Shown here: positions 36,962 to 50,700 of the stretch, piece by piece
Layout: each line of letters begins with the position of its first letter
How positions within the stretch are numbered: the stretch's first letter is position 1
NCBI GenBank assembly: GCA_012026655.1
Contig: JAAILG010001044.1
Coordinates: 1-64,000 of the forward strand
Source: Hydrolagus affinis
Lineage: Eukaryota
Length of the DNA stretch: 64,000 bases
Direction: 5' to 3'
The notes under the pieces: model-generated
The model's database searches: none
Told to the model about the DNA's origin: nothing
The model's input: the letters and a program-made list of their open reading frames with translations, nothing else
Translations under genes and position numbers: made by a program

Positions 36962-39900
36962 AATACTATTAACCACAGTATGTGAAAACAGGCACAGTAA
37001 ACACAAAACACATATTTGGTAGCAAAGATTACAGCTAAATATTATGCATAGCAAGAATACAATGATTCAGTTTGAGGAGTATTCAATGCACTCATTTATC
37101 AACCTTGAGTTACCAACTAAAAAAATGTTTAACCTCACAGTTCATAAATGTAGGATTGAACATAGGATGCATTCAGCCCCTGAAGCACAGCTTGGTGCTA
37201 GGCCAAGAGCAATGTGCTGTACTCTGTAATCACTATAAGCACGTGCCATTGGAGTGTACTGTGGACAGCACCTGGGTGGACATTTCATCTCCTACTTGAT
37301 GTTTGGAGGGGAGGGAATGATGAATCAGCATTCGACATTAAGTTATAAGCCAAATGTACTTTAACATGGGGAAGGCAGAACATGGCCATTGGTAGAATGG
37401 GTTGCTTTTTGAATGAGAAGAAAATTGTTGTGGGTCAAGCAACGTTTCACATAGGTTTTTAATAAAGGAAATATATCAGGACGAAGGATAGAGAACTTAT
37501 AAGACTGTTGGGTTGAAATCTACAGAAAGTAAAATTAAGCCAGACTTGAGGATGTCAGCTGCAGAATTTAGAGCCTGCTACAGTTCAGAATGTAGCCTGG
37601 AGGAGGAGGACTGACTCATTTTACCTAAAATTAACTCACCCGACTCATATAAGAGCAAAAGCAAACCACTGGATTTCATACTACACCTCTGTTGCTTGCA
37701 TTTCAAGCTACATAATTTCAATACTATTATTGAAATAGTATTTCAATAATAGTATTATTGAAAGACTCATGTTGAAATGTCACAATATTATTTTTAGATG
37801 CAGTGACTGACTCTGTGGGCAAACACAGTAGGTAATTAGCAACCAGTAATGGAGCCGTGACAGCAACCAGATCAATGAATAAATGTAATCTTTGTTTGTC
37901 AAATGTGGAAGAGGGATACATAATGACCAAAGCATTGAAAGAACTCCCCACTCTTCATCAAATAGGATCTTTAACACCTACCTGAACCACAACATGCAAA
38001 TGAGCTGTTGGTTTGACGTCTCATCCAAATGGAAGTACGTCAAACAATGCAGCAATCCCTTAATTTTCTTTACTGAATCTTACTGAGCCTTGGCAAGTCC
38101 ATTGGTGCCAAGACTGACGGACAGTTGAAGCAAGTTTACGTAATTCATCCAAGCATCAAGCAAATGCAGTTGGCTAGTTACAGGATTATAATCCTCCCCA
38201 AGATAGAGTTACAATACATGCATTTGATAGTGCCGCACATGCAACAAGTGACAAAACCCACAAGAAATAGAACCATCGGAAACTATAGGGAAGCATTCGA
38301 CAGCAGTCCTGTTTCAGGCTCATACTATTTAAAGGGCTGTACCAATTTTTTATTGCACCCAGGCAGCCACTTTGGGAACAATGCAAGCCACATGCAAAAA
38401 GGTAACAAAGGAAAGCCCAAAGCTGGCAACATTCATACAAAGTAGAAGCGTTCAGCCTTCAGTGAGTTTGGTAAGAAATAACGGATGGAATAATTTACCT
38501 TAATCTGGATCTTATACCTCTCTGGTAATCCCGAGAAATGGCTGTAGTTCTCAATAGGGAGCAGAAGCTAAAGCACTTTTGCTGTTACTAACAAAACATA
38601 TTGCTGTAATACTGAAGAATGAAAACACATTTGTGCTTGAAGCAATGGTTTGATACAGTACTGGAAACAGCCAAACTGGGCAATGAAGTACAGTACAGAC
38701 TATCTATGATAGGATGGAACATATGCTTATATACACTGAGGAATGGATTTTTAAAAAGTATGTTCGAGTGTGAAATTTTCAGCTCTTGAGCCTTGTACTG
38801 TGTTACTTTAGAGAGTGAGTCAAGCCCAACCATAAGCAACCAATTGATCAATATAATGTTACTTATCACTGAAAGCAGAGATTTAGATCAGAGTTAACCA
38901 CTGGGAACTAAAATGTTCTCATTAGTCTAAATCTTTTTTTTAATTTACTGCTTCTCAATTCCTTTTTTCCCACATTCTTATCTAATTTTTCACCATATTC
39001 TTCACTTCGTCATGCTCATTTTTTTTTAATCAAGAGAGTTCTGTTGAGGACACAGACACATTGGATGTGTTGTGGAACTCTAATGATAAGTAGGAAGCAA
39101 TCAAAAAGTGCAAATAAGTGCACCAGAACCACTCATTTGGGGCCATTATTTTCACTGACCTACATTTAAATAGTCCCGGTCACCAAAAAAGCCAATTACA
39201 TTTTTCTGTGTTGTATTGGAGTATGTTCTTTTCATTACAGAACACTGTAAAACAGTTTAATGTGGCGTGCCTGCCCAGAATTCACAACAGCATTTATTTC
39301 AATTGCAATTTCACAAATTCGGCATTACAGTACTAATATAATCAATAAGAAAATAAGAAATACACAGCTCCCTTTGAATCTCAAGTCATTTCACCCTGAT
39401 CAATTTTTCATTTTAAATGTTTACTGCAAATCTTATCGCGGTTTTTAGATTAATTTTTAACCATGCAGGCTGCCTAGAGATCACCCAATGCTTTAATTTT
39501 GAATATATATGAAACTGTTCCAAACCCATTTTAAAGAGGCTCTGTGTCTTTCAAGTATAAATGCTTTTTCTAAAAAAAAATTCTAACCACAAAACCGACA
39601 CCGCAGAAATGTTACAGCACTTTTCATACAGTTCGCACAAAAAAATACTGTATTAAATGCCCACTGAGCTGAAATGTAATCTGGCTGGTAATCAGAATCT
39701 CTCTATAATAGTAGTGAAAATGGGCCAAGTAAAGTTAATCTGCAGTATTATGAGAAACTGAAACCATTTACGCAGTAGTCACATCACAGTCAATTATTTA
39801 ATAATTCATTAAATCACAATGGGTAGCTTAAACACTCCACTGTATGCATAGGAATCATACAGGGCTTACTTCTAGGGGGGGTTTCTTTTGAACTAAAATA

Positions 39901-40534
39901 TCTAAGAAGTTTTTTTTTAACAAAATGCCATATTCAGGTAGAGAATTATAATTCCGGTGCACTGATGAAATAAATTCACTAGATGAGCTAATGTATCAAT
40001 AAAATATTATTTTCCCCACATACACTCCAATCATGGCAAGTTTTCAGCTGGCAGAGCAGGTAATGTCACAGGTTCACTATGTTGCAGCTTCAAGATTCAT
40101 AACACATTTTATTAATAGTTTATGAGTTCTATACTTAGAGGAGTCAGTCAAACCAAGCATTCCACTGTTCTGTGCCTTAGCTGTCAGTTGCTATTATCCA
40201 CCACTATAACAATAATGCGCATAGCACATGTTCTTCACTTAATACAAAATTCCAAAGCAGTGAAATGTATGACAATTGGAGTCCAGCCCTAAAGGAAGTC
40301 TGTTCTGGTAGCTTGTTAAGTATATACAAAGTGTAAAGTATTTACTAGGCGCAGTTATAATTTTAAAACAAGCACTCTGCAACATACAGAAAAAAAAGTT
40401 TGGTTGAACAATGCTTTCAGCTTATATAACTCATTGTTAAAATGCTGTTAAATGTGCCTAAAATGTCTCATAGTAAATTAGATTCTGTATCCAATGTAAA
40501 ACAATTAAACTCCAACACTTTGATTAACAGTTTA

Positions 40535-40860
40535 CAAATGGGAACAGGAGTACGCCATTCAACCAATTGAGAATATTCTGTCATGAAATCGCTGAAAACT
40601 TCTCAATTCTATTAAACGTCCTTTTCTTTGTATCCTGACTTAAGAGTACTGCATTTATCTACCACACTTTTGAACTCCTCAATTGACTCTATATCTCTGG
40701 TCTTGTGAATCAGTTCATTCCACATCTTGCAACCGGTTGTGCACAAATATTTTTTTCTGGATTCCCTTTTGGGTTTAGCTTTAATTTCCACATTGCACCC
40801 TCTTTTTTCCCCGAATTCCCCAACTAGAATCAAGAGTCTATTTTACTTTGTAAAATCATG
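40535..40860 (-). mobile_element. Degenerate CR1 LINE 3' end
   Basis: Translation ...KMWNELIHKTRDIESIEEFKSVVDK resembles the CR1 ORF2 C-terminus (WN.LP..VV.A.SI..FK..LD); CR1-like tail gaacaggagtacgccattcaacc. Confidence 0.65.
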
Positions 40861-43648
40861 AGACCTACAAGAGAGAAAAAAAAACTGCTTGCTCAGACCA
40901 AAAGGAGTATTGCTAAAAATTACTGACAGGAGCTCTAGTTTGAGGAATTTTCATTACTTTTGCTTAACTGTACATAAAGAAATGAAATCAGGTTAACAAA
41001 ACACAGTTCTTCATACAGTATCAGTGTCTGTTTAGTGTTTGTTTGACAGGTGAGGAACATTCCAGTGGTGTGAGTTATTTAAAAAAAAGCAAAATAGCTG
41101 GTTTACAATTCTAAAATGAAAGAACAAGGACCCACAGATCCAAATAAATTCCAACCATAAAGCATCCATTTATTGCAAGTTTTTTTTTCTCACAGCTCTT
41201 GCTGAGAACCACTTGTATAACTATTAGTATCAATCAGTAGAACTGTGAAACCAAAAAAGGCTTGTGGGACAGGCAAGTGGAATAGGAACCGTTACATGCA
41301 GCATGGCACATTAAAACTGAGGACCGTATAATGAAATAAACATTGGCACAGCCGAACAGAACTGCTGAAATCATATAGCCCAGGAAACCAGGGTAATTGT
41401 GTAAGGAGAACTGCATTAAGAGTTTAATAGATTCCATATGTTCATTGCAGCACCATATAATTTACAGATTTAATAATGCCTTGCTTCTAATCAGTTCCTA
41501 CACCTGCTGAACATTTATTTTACTTAACACTCATTTTGAAAAGCGTTCTAGAACAATGCTTTTCTAGTGCATAAACTTGTTAGTCCAGTCTACAAATAGT
41601 GCGGTGTAACATATTAGAACTCCAACATTTATCAGCGCCTTGGGATGTTTTCCTGACGTGAAAGGCATTCTATAAATGTAATTTTTTGTTGTTATTGAGA
41701 AACATTTTGAAAATATGTTTTGAAAAGGTTAATAACATTGTATTAAACGGTGTTGAAAGTACTAAAAATGAAGGGAAAGTTGTTTAAAAAGTTTTTTTTT
41801 AAAAAAACTAAGCTTTCTCAAAGGTCACAGTACATAGGAAATGCAACCGATTCTTCCTTGTTCAGGGTGTTCCTCAGAGTATAGGGCTGAGATGCTTTGG
41901 AGCAGTGAGGAAGTTTCATACTGCAATTGTTCTTGGGGGTAACGCATGAGGTAATGGAAAATATTTAATTTCCTCGCAATAATGTTCCTCTTCTTGATGG
42001 GCACAAATTTCATCAGAAAAACAGGTTTCACATTTTTGAAAATAACGACATTAAATTAAAAATAATGTTAGTACACTGCGCTGTGTTTAATTTCAATAAA
42101 TGGACCGTTTAGAACAGCTTGGGGAGAAATTAAGATGGTTCAATTATCAGGACTTGCTCCCAAACAGTAATCTTTTTATTTTGAAAATAAAGTACAATTG
42201 TCAATTTGCTGGATTGGGGCCTTAGTAACGTATACTGAAAGCAGATTTTATTTTTTGAAAAAAAATACAATTTTATGTTTTACGTACACCGACAGCAGAA
42301 CCTGGCGCATATAATGATTATCATATACCCACTCACTCTCCAAGCGAAGCCAAGATCAATCAATCAGTGTGTGAGCTCTTACGGGTACTGCATAAATAGG
42401 GCATAAATAACCTTAAGTGGGAGAGACACTGTATTGAGGGAGAGAAAACTGTATTTCTTCCCCTTACCATGTTATTGTCTTCCTATCCTGTTTTATGTTT
42501 CCCCTTTAGCACACAGCATTCCATGGCTGGCAAGTAACTGGATGACCTTCCAATGTAATTCCGAACAAAATCTGAAGGTACCAGAGATGTTTTGTCCTCC
42601 TGATTTTTCTCTCCGCTTCTCTTTGTCAGGAAAATAAATCTCCTGGCTGAGATTTGGAGGTTTACAGAAGTAAATACCCATCTCATCACTTTGTGGTTCT
42701 ATTCGATGATTTGGAAGGGTGTGCACCACTCCTCTCAAGAGTAAAGTACTGCTGGAAATCAAAAGAACCCCAAAATGTTGGCCACGTGGCGAGAACACTT
42801 TCTCTCTCCTTTTTTAAAAGAAAAAAACAAGAAAATTCAAGAGGAAAGTGCCACTGCTTTCTTTGCACTATTACTGCAGTGTTAACACACAGTGACCGAA
42901 ACATCAGTAAAAAAAATGCAATCTACAATCAGAAACGTTGTACTGCATTGGTTCATGTCAAAGGAAACATCTGCTGTAATGAAATGTGTGCCTTTATTGA
43001 AATAAAACACCAAATAAACAAGACAAGGTAATCTGAAATGGGAAACTGATATACAGATAAGATATTGTTACAGTAGTCTAGATGTGTTGTTGCTACAAAA
43101 ACACAGCGTCCTAGTAGACAAGCATGTAAAACTAAATAACTACCACCTCACTGTCCCCCATAACCTTCACCAGCAAAGCACTCCACTATGTAAGGCTATA
43201 AACTATATTAATCAGGTAATTTAAAAACAGTACTAGATTAGTACTTGAAGGACCTGTGTTCACAGAATGAGTTGGATTGATGCCCCAAATCGAGCATAAA
43301 CTTTCATGCCTTCTCAACTCTTGATAAGAGCTTTGAGCATAATATCCTAAACTGGAGAGGAAGAGAGAAAGTAACAAACAATGGAGTAATGAGATTTTGA
43401 TTAAAAAACAAAATAAGAATGAAAAATATAATTAAGAGTGTAAATAACAGTTTAAAAAGCGATATTACAAGACTTTTATTTATTTGAACTGATTAGAATA
43501 TTTATGGAACAAAAATCCACATTGCCCAATATGGTATTGATGATTTTATCTACCCTAATTTTAGTTATGTAATCTCCCAGATTGTTTTGGGGTTTGTTGA
43601 CCACACGCAATACCCAGACATTGCATCTGTCTGGAAGTTTCTCTCTTC

Positions 43649-43941
43649 CTCGCCTTGTACACGAGAGACCTGGGTTTGATTCCCAGCAGGGCAAAACCTT
43701 GGGCAAGTTTCCTTACTCCACACGCTTGATAATAATTGCTCAAGAAAACAAAAACACTAATAAATCAGTCACTTCAACCCATGGCTGTTTGTGGGGCACT
43801 GCTATACCCAATTGGCTGCAGCGTTTCGCCCCCAAATATACAGTCAATTCACTTATTCACTATATTCTGTGAAGTGCTTTGAGACGTCTAAAAGACATGA
43901 AAAAGCGCTACATCAAATACAAGGATTATTATTATTATTAT
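43649..43941 (+). mobile_element. Near full-length SINE (A box lost)
   Basis: B-box region, linker, core and (ATT)n tail. Confidence 0.92.
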
Positions 43942-46050
43942 CTGTAATCGTGTAATTGTAACATAAAGCTTTAAGACAGAAACTAACTAAATCCAGCACA
44001 TCAGAACAAAATGAAATTCATGAACATGGTAAGTTAATACTTTTTTTTATATGATTTCTGTAGTGGCTTTAAATAGTTTCTATTTTGAATATCAGTGTCT
44101 AGTTATGAAATCTTTTTTAAAAAAATACAATCAGTATGGAACAGAAAAGAGTTTATTTTCTTCTCAGGCCTAAAACATAACATTACTTTGGTCAAAGTCC
44201 TCTTTAGAACAACGACAACTTATATTTGTATAGCGCCTTTCACGTCGGGAGTAATACAATAGTAATACAATAATTCCCTGCAATTTACAATCAATGGGGA
44301 ATTTAGAAATTTAATCCATTATATAATTATCTTCCAAGCCCACAAATTCAAGTTAGCCATATGTTCGCAATCTGCTTTGAATGTTACCATGCATTATCCA
44401 ATACTGTTTAAAGTTATTTTTGCAAGTCCCTATATTAACCTTTTTGTTCTTTACTTTTTTGAAGCAGTGCTGCTCTGAACTCGAAACAAATCTCCAGCTC
44501 AACAACATATGTTTCGCACACAGAACTTTAAAATCATCCTCATGACATCTCAGAGAACTGTTGGGACAATTATTTACCGTACAATTATGATTTAAGCTCC
44601 TTAAGTGCCCTACTCTCTGGAGATAACAGTTTTAATACGGTTCATTGAAAAGGGGCAGTATGCAAGCCAGAAATTTTCAATATAATAATGTGTTCAGTCA
44701 ATGCTATCCAACATGGACTGGAAGGCCACTTAGGTTTTTATTTGAACAGTATTAGTTTTGAAGAGTATAAACTGTGCAATCTTCATGCACGATATCCTAA
44801 CATTACCACACCACTTATAAATCATCAGGGCACTCCTTGACTATCAGAATTATGCTTTGTAACCCTCAGAGCACCCTTTCAATGAGCAAAGAATGTGTAT
44901 TCTAGACACCTCTTAACCATGGAACGTTCTGTACCCATTCTCTTTAATATTCGGGAATGATTTATAAACATTTTATGATAAAATATAAAGTACTTACCAC
45001 CACATAGAGTGCTTTTTCTAGACTCCTCCATGCGTGCCAAAATGGCTCGGTTAATAGAATAATCCATGTATTTGCATCTCAGTCTTTTGCACCCTTGGGA
45101 GGTCCAACTGAAACACTCGTGCAAGAGAAAGCCACCAAATGCAAAGGACGTGGGAATGAAACATAGGCCACCCTGGAATTATACAGGGAACCACCACAAC
45201 CTCCACAGCAGAGTTAGGGAAGACTCACTAACTAGTAACATGGACCAGAGACATCTAACTGTACACCAGCAGCACCTTGCCCTGAGAGAGAATGTTACAG
45301 GAACTTCTGGATTGAAACCGTAGAAACCACAAGACCCAAAAGTGGCCTAATCATCTTGCTGGACCCCCACAAAATGCATACTTCGCATGCTGCCCGACAG
45401 CAGGGAACATCTAAACATGTAGACTTGTGCAGTCCTCACCACTTGGTTGGGAGGATGTTGCCCCAACTTTCGTGCAACTAACTCATCATCACCCACTCAC
45501 AAATGTTTATACAAAACAGCTGCAGGATATATGCCAGTCTGAATAAATGATGGATGAACTGTACCCTAGAGCGAGTAAAGCATAGAGGTCTTTGCGCATT
45601 CAGTCCACCATATTCCCCCCACAGCCCCAAGTCTGCACCAATACACCAAAGAAGATCACGAACACAGAGAGTTATCAGCCCCTGCCATCTACCCGAAAAT
45701 CACAATAAAATATCATGCTATAATAATAATAATGATACTCCTTTGCATTTGATATAGCGCTTTTCATATCTTATCTTATCCTTTTCTGCTGCCTGTGCCC
45801 ACTAGCCACTAGGCCGGACTGTTCTCAACTACGAAGGTTCACTCACAGCCCTGCAATGCCTCAGTATTGTTCAAAGCTTACTATACTAATCTGCCTGTAT
45901 ATAGTGATTTAACATGCAATACCGAACAGTGAATGGGCAAATGATAAGTGTGAGAAGGCCCAATATCCATTAGGTGCTAAATACCTTTAAGTGACCGAGC
46001 TAGAGTAGATAAATGCATGCATTTTGTGAGTCCCAAGTAATGTTATACAA

Positions 46051-46380
46051 AATAATCCTTGCAATTGGGATACAGTGCTTTTCACATCTTATGAAAGTCT
46101 CAAAGCATTTCACTATATATTCAATATACTGTAAAGTGAATTGACTGTATATTTGTGTGCGCAACGCGGCAGCCAATTGTGCACAGCAATGTCCCACAAA
46201 CAGTCGTGGATTGAAATGACTAATTTTTATTATTGTGTTTTTTTTGCAGGGATTATTATTAAGTGTGTGGAGTAAGGAAACTTGCCCAAGGTTTTGCCCT
46301 GATCTGCCTGGATTCGAACACAGGTCTCACGCTTGTAAGGCTTGTAAGGCGAGTGCTCTAACCACTGAGCTACAGGAACT
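46051..46380 (-). mobile_element. Full-length SINE with a 9-nt duplication in the anticodon-like loop
   Basis: Complete element; gcttgtaaggcttgtaaggc at 46331-46350. Confidence 0.95.
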
Positions 46381-48059
46381 ACATTCTCATGTACCATGAG
46401 AATGAATAACTTTGCCATCAAAACAAATGTCCAAAACGTAACAATTCCAAGTCCCAAAATTAGATAAACTACTTCAAAACCAGTTACTGTATGTTGGAAA
46501 CAAAAGTCATGGTGCAATGTTAAGCTGCTTCCTACAATTACAATTGGCAACACAGCTTAAGTTTCTTTAAGTAATTACTTATTTTGCTCTGGAGTTACAC
46601 TTAAAAGTGTAAGATTTTATTTATTTTTCTCCATATTGTTCCCCAGAGCAGTTGTCCTAACAAGTTGCCTTCAATTATGGAAAGCACAGAAATCTCATCT
46701 TGATTTCTCAATTACTGCCATCATTGTTACTTCATATTTAATTATATGTTTGTTTCACTCAGTTGACAACCACAGGACTCCAAACTCAGAGGGTTACCAT
46801 GTTTAATCCCAGCCTTGGATGACATTTAAACATGCTGATCCTCAATAAACAAGTTTAAACAAATGTTTAAATTCCTACATCCAATTATCCCTCCCTCTCT
46901 TTATTTAGTGCTTCCAGTTCAGAGGTTCAAGATAAACATCAAAAATATTCTAGGAGCACCAAGTAGAGCACAATATTCCATATGAATGCACAGGAAATAA
47001 ACGAAAATTTAGTTTGTGTGAATGAACAAATCAGCATTTCATACAATTACAAATTCTAAAGTTGAACTGCTTTTCTATTTGAACAACTCGAAGACTAATC
47101 TGGATTTAAAACTAAAACAAACGCAAAAGAAATCCTTTGGTTTGTTGTGAAAAGCCCAATAATAAATGAACAATCTAGACACCTTTTACACATCACAATG
47201 TATGATTCTAAATGCCAAATAATAGCTGCAATTACACATTGTCACGATGCTGGAATGCAAGTGAACCACTCAAGGCTCAAAATGTATTTTGCCCCTGCAG
47301 GTTTCTGACCTCTACTGCTTGTTTTAAACAATGGGCGATGACAAACATTAGGTGTTTCCAAATGACAGGTCTGATTTCCCAAGTCAATGAAAAAGCATTT
47401 CATGTTGCAGATTTCGTCTCCTCCATTAAACTAGTGGCGTAACCGAATTATAGTATAACAATACCACATAATAGCACAGAACTATTAGAAGTAAATGAAC
47501 TAAAAGTTTGTTTAATCCTTACATTACTATTTAACGTAAGAAAAGGTTTGTCTTCTCTCACTGCGTTTGGTAGAATTGTTGTGCTCTGTCTGTTCAGTAG
47601 CTAAGCTACTTGTCAAACATTAAATGATTCTGTTGAATTCCAACTAAGATCTTTTCAAGCCAATATTATTATGTAAAAGACTCACAATTCTGAGATATTA
47701 TGAAATCTGATGACTGGTGAGCTGGCAAACAGTTTGACTACAGGATACTGTGTATATATATATATATATACACACACACATACATCTCAGAGTTATGCAA
47801 TAATTTTCTCCCACAGTTAATCTTAAATGTGTAAGAAACTCAGAGGCAGAGCCTGACGCCAAGCTGGGGGGAAGGTGACCAAAAGCACGGTTGAAGAGGA
47901 AATGGGTAAGGAGAGGGCAAAGCGCAGCGATTGTGTGAGACAGTTCCAAGGTTTCGGGGCCTAGAGGTTGAAAGCGCGAGAGAAAAATACTTTTGTACGT
48001 GTTGGGCGGGTCCAAGATGATATTGGCCTGGGACAGACAAGAGGCATGACTTCACAAAG

Positions 48060-48305
48060 TCACGGAGCATGTGAACAGGAATAGGCAACTTGGCCTATCA
48101 CACCTGCTCCACCATTCATCAGTTTGTGGCAACTTGATCTTTTTAATTCCATTTCCTCTCGTTTTCTCTGCGTGTCTTATATTCCTTATTTCCCAAGCAT
48201 TGATTCATTTTCCCTTTTGACACCTCAATTCATTCATTCGACATCCAGTGGCGTTTTGTGGGAATTCTCCCCACCCTGCCGTGAAAAATATGTGTTTCAG
48301 ATCCA
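48060..48305 (-). mobile_element. Degenerate CR1 LINE 3' end
   Basis: gaacaggaataggcaacttggcc...cctgctcccaccattca...ccaccctgccgtgaaaaa resembles shark CR1 tails. Confidence 0.6.
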
Positions 48306-48314
48306 CTTTTAGTT

Positions 48315-48650
48315 TGTCAGCTCGGCTCAGTTTGCAGCACTCTTGACTCTAGGTCAGAAAGCTAGCTCATAGTCAGTCCACACTGACACTCCAGTGGTGT
48401 ACTGCGATAGCACAGGATTTTCCTCGATGCTTCTTGAATAAGAAGTTAAACAGAGGCCTGCCTGCCTATTCAGAGAAATATTAAAGATCCCAAAATATTA
48501 CTCAAAAAGATGAGTTGATCAATTACCGGTGGTTGTTTGTGGGATCTTGTTAGTGTAAATTGCTACCGGTTTTACCGTCAAAATGGTCACTTGACAGCAG
48601 TTTCCTCTGAAACATTTTGGGACATGATCAGGCAGTATAAAATGTTGAGA
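48315..48650 (+). mobile_element. Old full-layout Deu-SINE (SacSINE1/AmnSINE1-related)
   Basis: tRNA head, then gttaaacagaggcctgcctgcc...aaagatccc (Deu 5' part), gtttgtgggatcttg...aaattg (Deu 3' part) and an L2-like tail. Confidence 0.7.
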
Positions 48651-48909
48651 TCTTCTTATCGTTATCGTTGTAACAGATATATGTGCGTGATTTTATCCCA
48701 CCACCACCACCCCACTTGGAAAAATACAACAATAGGCAATACAGGGAATGAGAAAATATGAAGCAAATTACAATTTTTCAACTGTGGCAGCAGAATAAAC
48801 AATGATAGTTGTCAGTATAAATCACTGCAAAGATCTAAGTTTTTTTTATAATGGCAGGCAGACAAATATAACTCATTATTACTTTAACAAAGTATACTAG
48901 AGAGTAATG

Positions 48910-48923
48910 GTGCCATCTTGTGG
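48910..48923 (-). promoter_or_regulatory. Candidate CTCF site
   Basis: Minus strand CCACAAGATGGCAC fits the core consensus; motif match only. Confidence 0.5.
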
Positions 48924-50429
48924 ACAAAACGTCATTTCCATTGCGGAAGGGCCTTTGCGTTGAACTGCAGAGTCAATTTATTGAGGTTATTTTGTAAAGA
49001 GTTTTACCATTTATGAAGGAATAGGTGAATTAATCAAGGTAGGATAAAGTACTTAAAGTACTTTAAAGCCTCATCGTCACTGGTCGAGAATTGGTTTACC
49101 AGCATACAAATAAATCTTCATATATACGCCCACAACTGCTCTCAAGCCCTCCTTTCCAAGACCAAACGCTGCGGTGGCTGTGCACACTGTGGTCATTACC
49201 AACTGAGGAATCCAAAAGTCCACATCTTCGAGCCCTAATTTGTGCTTCATACAACGGGGCTAAAGGTTTTGTGCAGCTTTGGCAATGAGTGCCGCATGCG
49301 TCGATGCACAAAATTTCGCTAAGTAATCGTTCCTTTCCGAGTCCCATCTATCTATTTGACCATCTTCAAAGCCCGACTTGAAGAGGATAGCATCGGGTAT
49401 GGTGTTGTCTTTTAAAGTGATTTTTGTTCGGTTGTGAGTTTAAGCACGACAGTTAAGGAACTATGGTAAACAGCGGAAGTGAAAGTGTGCACTAAAAATA
49501 CTAGCACCAAGCATTTTGCCTTCCCAGATCAGACGCAAGAGGAAAGATCTTTCTTTTTTTGCTCTATTCACGTACTTTGACCCAAAACCTCAGAAGAGCC
49601 CCCGATAACTCGCTTGTGTGAGACATCCATTTCCCAAATCAGCCACCAATATGGACATTCTGGAAGCAGCGTTTCCAGTTTAATGCCAATAACTAATGAA
49701 TTATAGATGGTTTTGTGCAGTAGATTTACCTCCACTAAGATCCGTATTGAAATTTCCCCAATTAGGAAACTTTCTGCTATCAAAGAATCAGGCTTTCATC
49801 CCATCAGTGTAGGTTGGGTTTCAACCCTAGTGGCAGAGGTGAGAGGGCAGTGATCCAAGTGCACTGTCCCACCTATTGTTCAGGTTCACTTTCTTTGATT
49901 TTTAGATAATTTCCCTTATGGCTACAGTGACAATGCCTGAGGCACATCAGACATCACAGCTTCATTTTCCCTGCCTCACTTGGAATCATTAATAGAATTT
50001 ACATGAGCTATCTCGAGTAACCATCAGTTGCTCCAACTTGTACAAACACTGAAAGTGGAAATTCAGCAAAAAGTTTGCGATTGTTAAATTTGAAAAAAAT
50101 CTGACAGGGAAACTGGGAATTTACAATATTTTTTAGGACCCCCAAAACAGATGCTGTGCACCCATTTAAATGTTCGAGCCTTTTTGTGATATTTATAATG
50201 GCAGGTAAAGAAACGGAAAAGAATGCCACAGTGTACTCGGAAGGGGACTTCACCTGATGGGATGATACAATAGTTTCTGAAAAAGATATCCTGAAGCCTC
50301 TCTCCGTGAACTGCATTACCTTTGCATAATTACTTACTCATTACTCGCTCACTAAGAATGGAAAGAATAATAAAGCTCAGAGGGGTTTTCAGATTTATAT
50401 CCTCTGGTTTTAATTGTTTCTTTTAAATG

Positions 50430-50700
50430 CTTGCATCTGACACAGTCGTGTCTCAAACAATATCTCAAAAGCGCTTCAAAATTTCTGTAAGGGGTTATCG
50501 CCTGCATATGTAGGCAAACACAGCACCCAGCCGTGAAGTGATCGATTTTATCTGGAGAATTGTTGGCTGGGATACCAGGAGAAACTCCCTCTCTTTTCCA
50601 GTATTGCCATGGGACGTTTAGCACCCATCTGGCCAGGCAATCAGGCCCCTGGTTTAACATCTCCAAAGTGTAGCACCTCTGATAATGGACGTCTTGTCTG
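50430..50700 (-). mobile_element. Old Deu-domain SINE relic (AmnSINE1-like)
   Basis: Minus strand atgttaaaccaggggcctg...gtcccatggcaatactggaaaagagagggagtttctcctggtatcccagccaaca matches the recalled Deu domain. Confidence 0.7.
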
